From Bacteroidales bacterium (lineage in GTDB: Bacteria > Bacteroidota > Bacteroidia > Bacteroidales > UBA3663): DNA of 64,000 bases. Both the position numbers and the translations under genes were made by a program. The notes under the pieces are model-generated. The model worked only from the letters and a program-made list of their open reading frames with translations, was not told the origin of the DNA and searched no databases. This document shows, in pieces, positions 36,517 through 46,552 of this stretch (positions within the stretch are counted from its first letter, which is position 1; every line of letters begins with the position of its first letter). The stretch spans positions 10,184 to 74,183 of the forward strand of contig JAZLJN010000002.1 of NCBI GenBank assembly GCA_045617885.1, read 5' to 3'.

Positions 36517-37407
36517 ATGACCAAGTTCAATGAAATCGTTAAGGCGCGCCAGGTGCAGATGATGGCAAAGGATTATTTCTTCATCTTCTGCGGTATTGCG
36601 CTGTATGCCATCGGTTACAACGCCTTCATCCTGCCGGAGCAGCTGGTACAGGGTGGCGTGACAGGTATTTCTTCACTCTTCTACTATGCCTGGGGCTGGT
36701 CACCTGCTATCTGCATCTGGGTGATCAACGTCATGCTGCTGGTTTTGGCAATCAGAGCTTTGAACAAGATATTCGTGCTCCGAACCATCATAGGCGTAAC
36801 TATGCTCTCCAGTTTGATTGCACTCTTCCAGCCGGTCTTTCAGGCATACCCAATGATCACGCCGGGTGAGGATAAATTCATGCACGTGATGATTGGTGCC
36901 ATGATGGGCGGTGCGGGTTTGGCACTGGTCTTTGCACACAACGGTTCGACGGGCGGTACAGACATCATCGTGGCGCTGATCAACAAATACTCACGCATGA
37001 GCCTGGGACGTGCCATGCAGCTGGTGGACATCTGTATCATCTCCTCTTCTTATATCCTGTTCCATTCGTTTGAGGTAATTGTATATGGTGTAGTGTTCAC
37101 ACTGATAGCAAGCTTTACGATGGATTACGTCATCAACGGTTCGCGCCAGACGGTACAGTTCCTGATCGTGTCAAAACACTATGAGGAGATAGCTGATGCC
37201 GTAAATCAGCAGCTGAACCGCGGCGTGACTATCATGCACGGCCAGGGCTGGTACTCCAAGAAGGAGGTAGAGGTGGTGATGGTGCTTTGCCGCCGCTATG
37301 AGAGCCAGGGACTGTTTAACCTGATCAAGTCGCTCGACCCGAATGCCATCGTGAGCCAGCAGTTCTGTCATGGCGTATTTGGCGAAGGCTTTGATCAAAT
37401 TAAGTAA
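36517..37407 (+). CDS. YitT family membrane protein (DUF161/DUF2179)
   Basis: 296 aa with 5 TM segments (GGVTGISSL, GGTDIIV motifs) and a soluble C-terminal DUF2179-like domain. Confidence 0.8.
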   Translation: MTKFNEIVKARQVQMMAKDYFFIFCGIALYAIGYNAFILPEQLVQGGVTGISSLFYYAWGWSPAICIWVINVMLLVLAIRALNKIFVLRTIIGVTMLSSLIALFQPVFQAYPMITPGEDKFMHVMIGAMMGGAGLALVFAHNGSTGGTDIIVALINKYSRMSLGRAMQLVDICIISSSYILFHSFEVIVYGVVFTLIASFTMDYVINGSRQTVQFLIVSKHYEEIADAVNQQLNRGVTIMHGQGWYSKKEVEVVMVLCRRYESQGLFNLIKSLDPNAIVSQQFCHGVFGEGFDQIK

Positions 37408-37427
37408 GCTGAAAGGCAAGGCTGCGA

Positions 37428-38198
37428 ATGAGAAGGATTACTGTAAACAAGCAATATGAGGGCAATGCAGAGCTGCAGGGGCTGATAGAGCGGCTGTCTG
37501 AAGCCTTTGCACAGCAGGAGGGCGAGCTGATATACGACAAGCGTAATCAGGTGCGCCGTTTCGTGCTGGGCAATGGGATGCGCCTCATGGTAAAGCAGTT
37601 CAGGCGGCCCAACGTGGTACAGCAGCTCTGCTACAGTACCTTCTGGACCAACAAGGCAGAGAAGTCATTCGCCTACGGAAGCAGGCTCGAAAGCCTGGGC
37701 ATAGGTACACCGCAGGCGGTGGCGGCGGTAGTGTATAAGAAAGGCGGTCTGGTGACACGCTATTACTTCGTGGCTGGCGAGGATGAGGGCTGTGACTGTG
37801 AGAACTGGATAGCCAGTCATGCCGGCACGCCGGAGTGGCAGCGGGGCATAGAGGCGCTGGCACGCTTCCTGGCAGAGCTGCATGAAAAGGGATTCCTGCA
37901 TGGCGATGCCAACCTCTCAAACTTCCGGATCCATCCGCAGGCAGACGGAAAGTATCGGTTCGCGGTGATTGACACGAACCGCTCCACTTTCCTCAACCGT
38001 CCGGCAAACCGCCAGCAGCGGATGAACAACCTCTGCAGGATATCGCATAATCGCGTCGTGGTGGAGGCGCTGGCTAAAGCTTACGGACGTCAGTGCGGCT
38101 ATGACGAGGAGATGACCTACAGAGAGGTTCTGGCAGCCACGGAACGCTTTGAACAACACAAGAACAGAATACGCAAACTTAAAAGAATATTCAAATGA
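37428..38198 (+). CDS. Lipopolysaccharide kinase (Kdo/WaaP/InaA) family protein
   Basis: 256 aa with the kinase catalytic loop FLHGDANLSNFRI and AVIDTNR. Confidence 0.7.
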   Translation: MRRITVNKQYEGNAELQGLIERLSEAFAQQEGELIYDKRNQVRRFVLGNGMRLMVKQFRRPNVVQQLCYSTFWTNKAEKSFAYGSRLESLGIGTPQAVAAVVYKKGGLVTRYYFVAGEDEGCDCENWIASHAGTPEWQRGIEALARFLAELHEKGFLHGDANLSNFRIHPQADGKYRFAVIDTNRSTFLNRPANRQQRMNNLCRISHNRVVVEALAKAYGRQCGYDEEMTYREVLAATERFEQHKNRIRKLKRIFK

Positions 38199-39238
38199 AG
38201 TCGTATGTTTTCCCAGGTGATATTGATCAGGAGATTATGGAGATAGGTACCAAGCCTTTTCTCTATATGCGTACAGATGCATTCTCTGAGATCAATAAGG
38301 AGAGCGAAAGGCTCCTGCTCGACCTGATACATTGTCAGGAGGGCCGCACGATCATCTATACAGGCAGTGGTACAGGCGCTATGGCTGCCATCGTAGAGAA
38401 TTATGTGAAGACACGCCGCAAGGCACTGGTGATAGATGGCGGATCATTCGGCCACCGCTGGTATCAGCTGTGCGAATACTATGGCGTGGAGGCGTATGAC
38501 TTCAAGGTTCCCTTTGCCCGTGACATTGACTATGCGCTGCTGGAGGAGACCATCGTCCGCGAGAAGCCAGACACCTTCCTGTGCCAGCACCACGAGACCT
38601 CAACGGGCCAGCTCTTTGACCTGCGTAAGATCTCGGACATCTGTCACAGACATCAGGTATCACTGGTGGTGGATGTAATCAGCTCTTTCCTGGCTGAGGA
38701 TCTGAATATGGATGCGTTGGACATTGATATCTGTGTGACCAGCACGCAGAAGGGTCTGAACATTCCTCCCGGACTCTCCATCATCTTCTTGAGCAAAAAA
38801 CTGGAGGGCTATCCCTTTGCCCACAATGGCTATTACTGGGACTTCGAGGATAATCTCAACAACCTGAAGCGAGGACAGACTCCCTTCAGTCCAGCCACCA
38901 TACTCTACCTTCAGCTTCATGCCCGCCTGAAGCAGTTGCAGGCTGAAGGGGGCGAGCAGCAGAACATTGAGATGGTGCGCCGTAACTGCGCTACCTTCCG
39001 TGCGCTCTGCAAGGAGTACGGATGGGAAGTCCCTGCCGAGGTCCCTTCGGTAGCTGTGACCGGATTTCAGACCCATGAGAAGGAGGAACGCAAGATATTC
39101 CGTGGGCTGATAGAGAAATATGATACCTACATCATGCCTTGCGCTCAAGCTGGTTTCTATCGCGTGTCGCACATGGGACTGCAGAGCGAGGCAGACCTGC
39201 GCCTGCTGGCTGAACGGATTCACGAACTGGAGAAATAA
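38195..39238 (+). CDS. Class V (AGXT/PhnW-like) PLP-dependent aminotransferase
   Basis: 347 aa with GSGTGAMAA and a PLP-lysine region TSTQKGLNIPPG. It overlaps the upstream kinase gene by 4 nt. Confidence 0.8.
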   Translation: MKSYVFPGDIDQEIMEIGTKPFLYMRTDAFSEINKESERLLLDLIHCQEGRTIIYTGSGTGAMAAIVENYVKTRRKALVIDGGSFGHRWYQLCEYYGVEAYDFKVPFARDIDYALLEETIVREKPDTFLCQHHETSTGQLFDLRKISDICHRHQVSLVVDVISSFLAEDLNMDALDIDICVTSTQKGLNIPPGLSIIFLSKKLEGYPFAHNGYYWDFEDNLNNLKRGQTPFSPATILYLQLHARLKQLQAEGGEQQNIEMVRRNCATFRALCKEYGWEVPAEVPSVAVTGFQTHEKEERKIFRGLIEKYDTYIMPCAQAGFYRVSHMGLQSEADLRLLAERIHELEK

Positions 39239-39253
39239 AGGAGAGAACGGTCT

Positions 39254-40588
39254 ATGAAACGAGTCATCACTTATGGAACCTATGACCTCCTGCATCAGGG
39301 ACACATTAACCTGCTGCAGCGAGCCAAAGCGCTGGGCGACTATCTGATAGTAGGCGTTACTACCGATAACTTTGATCTGGAACGCGGCAAGCTCAATGTG
39401 TGTGAAAATGTGATGAAGCGCATTGAATCCGTGCGTCAGACCGGACTGGCTGATGAGATCATCATAGAGGAATACGTGGGGCAGAAGATAGATGATATAC
39501 GCCGGTACGATATCGATATCTTTGCCATCGGCTCGGACTGGGAGGGGAAGTTTGACTATCTGAACGAATACTGCCAGGTGGTATATCTGCCCCGAACCGA
39601 GGGAATCTCAAGCACCATGCTCCGCGAGGAGCGCAAAGCTGTAAGGCTGGGAATAGTGGGTACGGGCAATATTGCACACCGCTTTGTGCGTGAGGCGGCA
39701 TTCGTGAGCCGTAACGTCATAGCTGCAGCCTACAATCCTGATCAGCAGCAGTGCGGTGCGTTCTGCCAGGAGATGAACATCCCTCTTCCGGCTGCAACTT
39801 ACGCTGATCTGCTGGAGGCTTGTGATGCCGTGTATATTGCCTCTCCGCACCTGACCCATTATGACTATGCCATGCAGGCGCTGCTGGCAGGTAAGCACGT
39901 ATTGTGTGAGACACCGCTCTGCTTCAAGGAGGCTGAGGCAAAAGCGCTGCTGGCGTGCGCCCAGCAGCAGGGTCTGGTGCTGATGACGGCGCTGAAGACT
40001 GCCTATTGTCCCGCTTTCAAGCACGCCATGACGCTGCTGAAGAGTGGCGTGATAGGAGAGATTGTGGATATCAGCGCCTCTGTCACTACACTGACGGATG
40101 AGACTTCTGACAAACTGAATTCGGATATGGCGGGCGGATCAATGAGTGAGAATGCCTGCTTCCCGATGCTCCCTATCTTCCGCCTGCTGGGCACGGAATG
40201 GAAAGATCTGCACTTTTTCACCAAAATAAAGCGTGGTACGGATATCTATACGAAAGCAATACTGGACTATGGCGACTCGATTGCTACCTTCCAGGTGGGA
40301 CTCGGCGTCAAGAGCGAAGGAAACATGGTAGTTTCTGGCACAAAGGGTTATCTCTACGTGCCAGCACCCTGGTGGAAGACTGATTACTTCGAGATCCGCT
40401 ATGAGGACCAGAACCAGAACCGTAAGTTCTTCTATCCTTACGAAGGGGAGGGACTCCGCTATGAGATCAAGGAGTTCATAACCAACATCTCCAATTCGAC
40501 CCGTGATTACCAACTGCTGCCGGAAGAGGTTGTGGGTATGGCACGCCTTCAGGAGCAGTATATCAACTTATGTCTCGCAAATGCGTAA
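39254..40588 (+). CDS. Fusion protein: cytidylyltransferase (TagD-like) N-terminus plus Gfo/Idh/MocA oxidoreductase C-terminus
   Basis: VITYGTYDLLHQGHINLL (HxGH) and ISSTMLR form the nucleotidyltransferase motifs. They are followed by VRLGIVGTGNIAHRF, a Rossmann motif. Confidence 0.8.
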   Translation: MKRVITYGTYDLLHQGHINLLQRAKALGDYLIVGVTTDNFDLERGKLNVCENVMKRIESVRQTGLADEIIIEEYVGQKIDDIRRYDIDIFAIGSDWEGKFDYLNEYCQVVYLPRTEGISSTMLREERKAVRLGIVGTGNIAHRFVREAAFVSRNVIAAAYNPDQQQCGAFCQEMNIPLPAATYADLLEACDAVYIASPHLTHYDYAMQALLAGKHVLCETPLCFKEAEAKALLACAQQQGLVLMTALKTAYCPAFKHAMTLLKSGVIGEIVDISASVTTLTDETSDKLNSDMAGGSMSENACFPMLPIFRLLGTEWKDLHFFTKIKRGTDIYTKAILDYGDSIATFQVGLGVKSEGNMVVSGTKGYLYVPAPWWKTDYFEIRYEDQNQNRKFFYPYEGEGLRYEIKEFITNISNSTRDYQLLPEEVVGMARLQEQYINLCLANA

Positions 40589-40614
40589 CTTGACTATATT
40601 AAAACCAACCAACG

Positions 40615-41664
40615 ATGAGAATCTGTCTATTCTGCGAGAACCGCTACGCCATTGATATCCTTCAGCCGCTGGCTGATGAGGCTGCACGCCAGCAGCGTCA
40701 TGAGGTACTGTGGTATATCCACACCAAGAAAATCAAGCAATTTACTTTGGGCAAAGAGTGCCGCTGGACGGATTCCATTCAGGAGGTGTACGACTTCCAC
40801 CCGGAGGCAATCTATGTGCCGGGAAATATTGTGCCTTATTACCTGTCAGGGGTGAAGGCACAGGTGTTTCATGGCTACGCCGCAGAGAAGAAAGACCATT
40901 GGATCATACGCCGCTACTTTGATACCTACCTGACACAGGGTCCTTACTTCACGGAGCATTTTGAGGCTTCGGCAAAAAAGTACGGTGACTTTGAGGTGCG
41001 CGAAACGGGCTGGACCAAGCAGGACTGGATCTGTGAGCACCTGCATGACTATGATGCAGAGAAGGAGGCGCTGCTCAAGGAGCATGGTCGGAGCCGGGTG
41101 GTGCTTTATGCCCCAACGTTTTCGCCTAAACTGACCTCTCTGCCCGCCATGAAGCCGGCGTTGGAGCAGTTGCTCAAGGAGGAGGATATCGTACTGGTCA
41201 TGAAATTCCATCCGTTGACCCGTAAAGAGTGGTGTGACGAATACAGAACGTGGGCAGAAACACAACCTCACGCCATCTATGTGGAGGCTTCGGAAAATGT
41301 GACCCGCTACCAGATGATGAGTGACGTGATGTTGAGTGACACCTCATCAGCCGTGTATGAATTCCTGCTGCTGAACCGTCCTGTAGTTACACTGGGCACC
41401 ATTGCCAAGGATATCTATTGGGAGAATGTGACGGAGGCAGGACAAGTGCTACAGGCATACCGCCATGCGCTCAGCGATCCGGAGAGCATAGCAAAAAGAA
41501 AATGGGTCGTAGAGAACTACGACCCACATCTGGACGGACATTGCTGCCAGCGTATGATTGCGGAGGTGGAGGATTATATCCGAAGGCACGGCGTTCCGCA
41601 GAAGCGCAAACTGAACCTTTGGAGAAAATACACCAGTATCAAGACCTTCGGACGTCCGAAATAA
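40615..41664 (+). CDS. CDP-glycerol glycerophosphotransferase (TagB/TagF) family protein
   Basis: 349 aa with VLYAPTF and MKFHPL motifs and SDTSSAVYEF. Confidence 0.75.
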   Translation: MRICLFCENRYAIDILQPLADEAARQQRHEVLWYIHTKKIKQFTLGKECRWTDSIQEVYDFHPEAIYVPGNIVPYYLSGVKAQVFHGYAAEKKDHWIIRRYFDTYLTQGPYFTEHFEASAKKYGDFEVRETGWTKQDWICEHLHDYDAEKEALLKEHGRSRVVLYAPTFSPKLTSLPAMKPALEQLLKEEDIVLVMKFHPLTRKEWCDEYRTWAETQPHAIYVEASENVTRYQMMSDVMLSDTSSAVYEFLLLNRPVVTLGTIAKDIYWENVTEAGQVLQAYRHALSDPESIAKRKWVVENYDPHLDGHCCQRMIAEVEDYIRRHGVPQKRKLNLWRKYTSIKTFGRPK

Positions 41665-41696
41665 GGATCACCTTTTTTATGAAAGACTGACTTTTT

Positions 41697-42542
41697 ATGA
41701 CTCAAATTTATAAATATGATTTGCGAGAGTTCCAGCTGAGAAGCATGGTGCTGCTCGAAACTATTGATCAGGTGTGCAAGAAGTATGGTTTGACCTACTA
41801 TATCATCGCCGGCACACTCCTGGGAGCTGTACGTCACCGAGGATTCATTCCCTGGGATGACGATATTGACATTGCCCTGAGCCGAAAAGACTATGACCTG
41901 CTCATGGCGCATGCTGAGGAGTGGGTGCCTGCACCTTTTCACATCGTGACGCACGAGAATAATAAGGAGTATCCCAAATACTTTGCCAAACTGGAGGATC
42001 AGAGTACAACCCTGGTGGAACGCTTTTATCTTGGATACGTGGGTGGGATCTATATTGATATTTTCCCGCTGGACGAAGTGCCCAACAATGTCCTGAAGCG
42101 CAAATGGCACTTCTATAAGTTTCATCTCTTACGCCGACTGCTATATTACGCCTACCGCGATCCGTACAAGCACGGACGTGGGCTGAATGCAGCATTCATA
42201 CTTCTGATGCAGCGGCTATTCAAGAAGGAATGGCTCCATACAAAGTCACAGAAGGTGCTGAGAGAATATAAAGGCAGTGCCGACTGTGACTATCTGATGA
42301 CGCATGACGATGGTCCGCGTGCCTATAGGAAAGAAATATTCAGCACACCCAGGAACTACGTCTTCGAAGGCCGCAGTTTCTGCGGGCCAGCGATAGCCGA
42401 AGGTTTCCTGAGTGTGCTGTACGGAACTGACTTTATGCAGTTGCCACCAGAGGAAAGGAGACGTTCACACTTCCATGACTATTGTGACCTGGAGCATGGG
42501 TATCTTGATCCCTCTAATGTATTGTTTCAGTCCATTGGATAG
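41697..42542 (+). CDS. LicD family phosphotransferase
   Basis: 281 aa with YYIIAGTLLGAVRHRGFIPWDDDIDIAL, the LicD signature. Confidence 0.85.
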   Translation: MTQIYKYDLREFQLRSMVLLETIDQVCKKYGLTYYIIAGTLLGAVRHRGFIPWDDDIDIALSRKDYDLLMAHAEEWVPAPFHIVTHENNKEYPKYFAKLEDQSTTLVERFYLGYVGGIYIDIFPLDEVPNNVLKRKWHFYKFHLLRRLLYYAYRDPYKHGRGLNAAFILLMQRLFKKEWLHTKSQKVLREYKGSADCDYLMTHDDGPRAYRKEIFSTPRNYVFEGRSFCGPAIAEGFLSVLYGTDFMQLPPEERRRSHFHDYCDLEHGYLDPSNVLFQSIG

Positions 42543-43513
42543 ACTACACCCCATTCCTTGCGGAGGTTGTCCATGACTTGCATTACTTCGAGGGTCTCCT
42601 CGTGAGGCATGCATGGGCAGTCAAGTCTGCCTTCACGCAGCGCATCACGGCAGGCAATGACCTGATACTCGTAGCCAGTGATCTGCTGTGGGCAGTGGAT
42701 GTCATGGATGCACTGTCCGTCAGCGTTGAAGACCTGTGCACGCTGTGGATTGTTGATATTATCTACTTCGATGTAACCCTGCTCACAGCTCAAGATTCCG
42801 TGCTTGTCATTGATACAGCAGGCAGAGGCCTGCATATTAGCCATGATGCCATTGCCGTAGATGACAGAGATGCTGTCAAGCAGATCCATACCAGTATCAT
42901 TCTTTACACACTGTGACTTGATCACCTTCCAGTCACCACCGAGGAACATACGGACAAAGTTGATGGAATATACACCGAGGTCGAGCAATGCGCCGCCGCA
43001 AAGGTCTGGGCGTACGATGCGCTCCTTGAATTCCATCTGGTAGCCAAGGCTGGCGTAAGCGAGGCGTGGACGACCAATCTCACCACTGTCTAATACCTCC
43101 TGGATCATCTTGCGGATAGGCTGGTAACGGGTCCAGATAGCTTCAGTAATGAAGATCTTCTTCTCATGAGCCAGATCAAGAAGCTCCTTTGCCTCGCGGG
43201 CATTGGCAGTAAATGCCTTCTCAACCAGACAAGCCTTGCCGTGCTGGAGAGCCAGCATCGTATTGGCATAGTGATGACTGTGTGGTGTGGCAATATAAAC
43301 GAGATCCACCTCTGGGTCGGCAACTAAAGCCTCGTAACTTCCATAAGCTTTTTGAAAACCCCACTGCTGGGCAAAAGCATCTGCCTTCTCCTGCGAGCGG
43401 GAAGCGATAGCGTATGCAATACAATCTGCGGTTGCAGGGTCCTTGGCAAGTCCCTGAAGTGTGATGGCCATTTTTTCGGCAATCCATCCTGAGCCGATAA
43501 TTCCAACTTTCAT
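42527..43513 (-). CDS. Gfo/Idh/MocA family oxidoreductase
   Basis: 328 aa with MKVGIIGSGWIAEKM (Rossmann) and an EKAF motif. Confidence 0.85.
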   Translation of the reverse strand: MKVGIIGSGWIAEKMAITLQGLAKDPATADCIAYAIASRSQEKADAFAQQWGFQKAYGSYEALVADPEVDLVYIATPHSHHYANTMLALQHGKACLVEKAFTANAREAKELLDLAHEKKIFITEAIWTRYQPIRKMIQEVLDSGEIGRPRLAYASLGYQMEFKERIVRPDLCGGALLDLGVYSINFVRMFLGGDWKVIKSQCVKNDTGMDLLDSISVIYGNGIMANMQASACCINDKHGILSCEQGYIEVDNINNPQRAQVFNADGQCIHDIHCPQQITGYEYQVIACRDALREGRLDCPCMPHEETLEVMQVMDNLRKEWGVVYPMD

Positions 43514-43668
43514 AATATATGTATTAAATTAGATAATGTGGTGCAAAGATAACCGATTTGGGTTAGAGTTCCAAATAAAAGATAGAAATATTTTGTTTTT
43601 TCAGAAAAAAGACTTAACTTTGCCCCGTTATTACTCTAATCATCAACATTACATTAAATTATTTACAC

Positions 43669-45135
43669 ATGACACAGAACGATCAGGGCTCAAAGTCCTA
43701 TTTGTTTTCCATCGTGCTGGTAGCTGTATTGGGCGGTCTGCTCTTTGGCTATGACACGGCAGTGATTTCTGGTGCGGAGAAGGGTCTGCAGGCTTTCTTC
43801 ATGGGTGCTAAAGATTTCGTCTATACCGATTTCTGGCACGGATTCACTTCTTCAAGTGCTCTCATCGGTTGTATTATCGGTGCAGGCATTTCTGGTACCT
43901 TGGCTTCTAACTGGGGCCGTAAGAAGAGTCTTATCTTTGCAGGTATCATGTTCTTCATCTCGGCATGGGGCTCTATGTGCCCAGAGACCATGATTCTGAC
44001 CAAGGGTGAGCCAAATGTTACCCTCTTTGTAGTATTCAATATCTATCGCGTCATTGGCGGTGTAGGTGTAGGCTTGGCTTCGGCTGTTTGTCCTATGTAT
44101 ATCGGCGAGATTGCTCCTTCGAGCATCCGCGGTATGCTGGTCAGCTGGAACCAGTTTGCAATTATCTTTGGCCAGCTGGTAGTTTACTTTGTTAACTTCG
44201 GTATTCTGGGCGATCACACCCAGCCTATCATCGAGAGCATCGGTCAGGGTCTGAACAGCCTCTCTCCAAACAGCGATCCTTGGACTATTGAGAATGGCTG
44301 GCGCTATATGTTCGGTTCGGAGATGGTTCCTGCTGGTCTCTTCGCTCTTTTGATCTGCTTCGTGCCTGAGACTCCACGTTATCTGGCTTCTATCGGTCAG
44401 GATCAGCAGGCAGAGGGCATCCTTGCCAAGATCAATGGCGTAGCTAAGGCAAAGGAAATCCTGAAGGACATCAAGGAGACTATGACCGTGAAGACCGAGC
44501 CACTTATGACCTACGGCTTCCTCTGCATCTTCGTGGGTATCATGCTTTCTGTATTCCAGCAGGCTGTAGGTATCAATGCTGTGCTCTACTTTGCTCCACG
44601 TATCTATGGCGCTATGGGCTTTGATGATCCAATGGTTCTTACGGTATTCAATGGCGTAGTCAACCTTGCCTTCACACTCATTGCAATCTTCACCGTTGAG
44701 AAACTTGGACGTAAACCACTTCTCATCGTTGGTTCACTGGGTATGGCTTTGGGCGCTATCGGCGTAGCTTGCACATTCGAGGGTGCAATTGCCAATGATT
44801 CTACCATGCAGCTCCTCTGCATGATTTCACTCATGGTTTACTCTGCAAGCTTCATGTTCTCATGGGGTCCAATCTGCTGGGTTCTTATCGCAGAGGTATT
44901 CCCTAACACCATCCGTGGCGGTGCTGTAGCTATTGCAGTTGCTTTCCAGTGGATTTTTAACTGGATCGTCTCTACTTCATTCGTGCCAATGGCAAACAGC
45001 CTCGGTTACTGGTTCGTATATGCTCTCTACGGAATCATCTGTATTGTAGCGGCTCTGTTCGTTTGGAAGCTCGTTCCTGAGACCAAGGGTAAGACCCTGG
45101 AGGATATGACCAAGCTTTGGAAGAACAAGAAATAA
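43669..45135 (+). CDS. Sugar porter (MFS) family transporter, XylE-like
   Basis: 488 aa with GGLLFGYDTAVISGA, GRKKSL, PETPRYL and PETKGKTLE signatures. Confidence 0.9.
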   Translation: MTQNDQGSKSYLFSIVLVAVLGGLLFGYDTAVISGAEKGLQAFFMGAKDFVYTDFWHGFTSSSALIGCIIGAGISGTLASNWGRKKSLIFAGIMFFISAWGSMCPETMILTKGEPNVTLFVVFNIYRVIGGVGVGLASAVCPMYIGEIAPSSIRGMLVSWNQFAIIFGQLVVYFVNFGILGDHTQPIIESIGQGLNSLSPNSDPWTIENGWRYMFGSEMVPAGLFALLICFVPETPRYLASIGQDQQAEGILAKINGVAKAKEILKDIKETMTVKTEPLMTYGFLCIFVGIMLSVFQQAVGINAVLYFAPRIYGAMGFDDPMVLTVFNGVVNLAFTLIAIFTVEKLGRKPLLIVGSLGMALGAIGVACTFEGAIANDSTMQLLCMISLMVYSASFMFSWGPICWVLIAEVFPNTIRGGAVAIAVAFQWIFNWIVSTSFVPMANSLGYWFVYALYGIICIVAALFVWKLVPETKGKTLEDMTKLWKNKK

Positions 45136-45169
45136 GTAATTCCTTATTTACTTTATAAACCCATAGACA

Positions 45170-45547
45170 ATGAAACAAGTGATCTCAACCCCTAATGCTC
45201 CTGCTGCTATCGGAGCATATAGCCAGGCCATTGTTCTGAATGGTATGCTCTATGCCAGTGGACAGCTTGGTATTAATCCTGCTACGGGAGACCTTGCTGG
45301 TGAAGATTTCGCCAGTCAGGCTGAGCAGTCTCTGAAGAATGTTGCTGCTATCCTTGAAGCTGCTGGAACAGATTTCAGCAAGGTTGTCAAGGTAACGGTC
45401 TTCATGAGCGATATGGCTAATTTCGCTGCGCTTAATGAGGCTTATGCCCGCTATTTCGTTAAGCCTTATCCAGCTCGCTCTGCTGTGGCTGTCAAAACTC
45501 TTCCGAAGAACGCTCTTGTAGAGATTGAGGTTGTAGCTGAGGTATAA
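45170..45547 (+). CDS. ridA: RidA family reactive-intermediate deaminase
   Basis: 125 aa with PNAPAAIGAYSQAI...GQLGINPATGDL...PARSAVAVKTLPKNALVEIE. Confidence 0.9.
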   Translation: MKQVISTPNAPAAIGAYSQAIVLNGMLYASGQLGINPATGDLAGEDFASQAEQSLKNVAAILEAAGTDFSKVVKVTVFMSDMANFAALNEAYARYFVKPYPARSAVAVKTLPKNALVEIEVVAEV

Positions 45548-45566
45548 TTTACTGATATCAGACACT

Positions 45567-45617
45567 AAAAAACCGAAAGTTCATTTTTATTACAAAATGA
45601 ACTTTCGGTTTTTTTAT
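45567..45617. terminator. Bidirectional intrinsic terminator
   Basis: CCGAAAGTTCATTTT (45573-45587) pairs with AAAATGAACTTTCGG (45594-45608). It is flanked by an A-run upstream and a T-run downstream. Confidence 0.8.
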
Positions 45618-45750
45618 TTATAACGATATGGGGCTTCGCGTTATAAAGTAATTTGAAGCCCAGTTGTACTGTCTCGGCGGCGTACACATTTTAATTGGGC
45701 AAAAATGAAAACATTCTTGCTGTCCGGTTGAATGTCTATTGTTACAAATA

Positions 45751-45853
45751 GAACGCAGATGACGCAGACTTAACGGATTTTTTATGTATCACAGATATCC
45801 GTTTGTGTAAATATTAATCTGTTTTATCTGTTTGATCCGTTAAATCTGTGTTC
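45751..45853. repeat. Short imperfect inverted-repeat element
   Basis: The left arm is GAACGCAGA(TGACGCAGA)CTTAACGGAT (45751-45778). The right arm is ATCCGTTAAATCTGTGTTC (45835-45853). Internal ATCCGTTTG / ATCTGTTT reiterations are present. Confidence 0.5.
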
Positions 45854-45935
45854 AACTGTACAGTTCGAAAAATTTTACCTCATGGAGGCGATGATTTTCC
45901 GTCAGGAATTAGTACAACTGCACAATTTTGTTGGA

Positions 45936-46490
45936 TCAGTTCATAGCAACAAGATTGTAGCCGCTGCGGCGTAATTCTACTGCTGCACCGATCTTGTAAA
46001 GAACTTTGATACTGCGTGCGAAGACATGAAATGCCATGACCGAACCGGCTTCAATCTGCTCGTGGCGCATTTGATCAAGAACAAACTGCGAACAGGTGCG
46101 CACTTTATCTTCGCAGGAGGTATAGTCTCCCTCCTTGAGCCCTAAAATGTCACCACGCACAACTTCGTCCAGATAGTCAAACCCTCGCTTGTCGCGTACG
46201 TGCAAGTAAAGGTTTGGCAGTTGGTCATAAATCTGCCATTCCTCATCCCAGTAACGTGCAACCGCCATGCCCATGTACATTGCCCAACCCAAGGCTACTG
46301 TCGGATATTGAACGAACTCTTTGACGGCATCTGCTACATATTCTGGCGCCATATCATGCCATTTGTCCGAGATATCAGGAGTTTCCAACAGTTTGCCCTC
46401 AAGTAGTTTCAGATCTGTACAGAGGTGTAAGACGCCTTGCATCAGGTTGTTCTCGTATTTGTTTAGATATTCTATTGTCTGTTGTTCCAT
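45936..46490 (-). CDS. Hypothetical cytoplasmic protein (184 aa), family not recognised
   Basis: A clean ORF with no competing frame. It lies downstream of the large surface-protein gene but is separated from it by a terminator. Confidence 0.55.
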   Translation of the reverse strand: MEQQTIEYLNKYENNLMQGVLHLCTDLKLLEGKLLETPDISDKWHDMAPEYVADAVKEFVQYPTVALGWAMYMGMAVARYWDEEWQIYDQLPNLYLHVRDKRGFDYLDEVVRGDILGLKEGDYTSCEDKVRTCSQFVLDQMRHEQIEAGSVMAFHVFARSIKVLYKIGAAVELRRSGYNLVAMN

Positions 46491-46496
46491 AATATG

Positions 46497-46532
46497 AAAA
46501 AAGAATGCTGAACCCGAGAGTCCAGCATTCTT
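46497..46532 (-). terminator. Intrinsic terminator of the large surface-protein gene
   Basis: On the minus strand, AAGAATGCTG pairs with CAGCATTCTT around a 12-nt loop and is followed by a T-run. Confidence 0.7.
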
Positions 46533-46552
46533 ATTAATATATCAGAATCGGA

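Noticed and set aside
38660-39304. 214-aa minus-strand ORF. The same applies to 41574-42125, 5851-6390, 3339-3878, 15413-15973, 12835-13335 and 48545-49117.
   Set aside because: All are antisense or off-frame shadows inside genes with strong motif support, and none has recognisable motifs.
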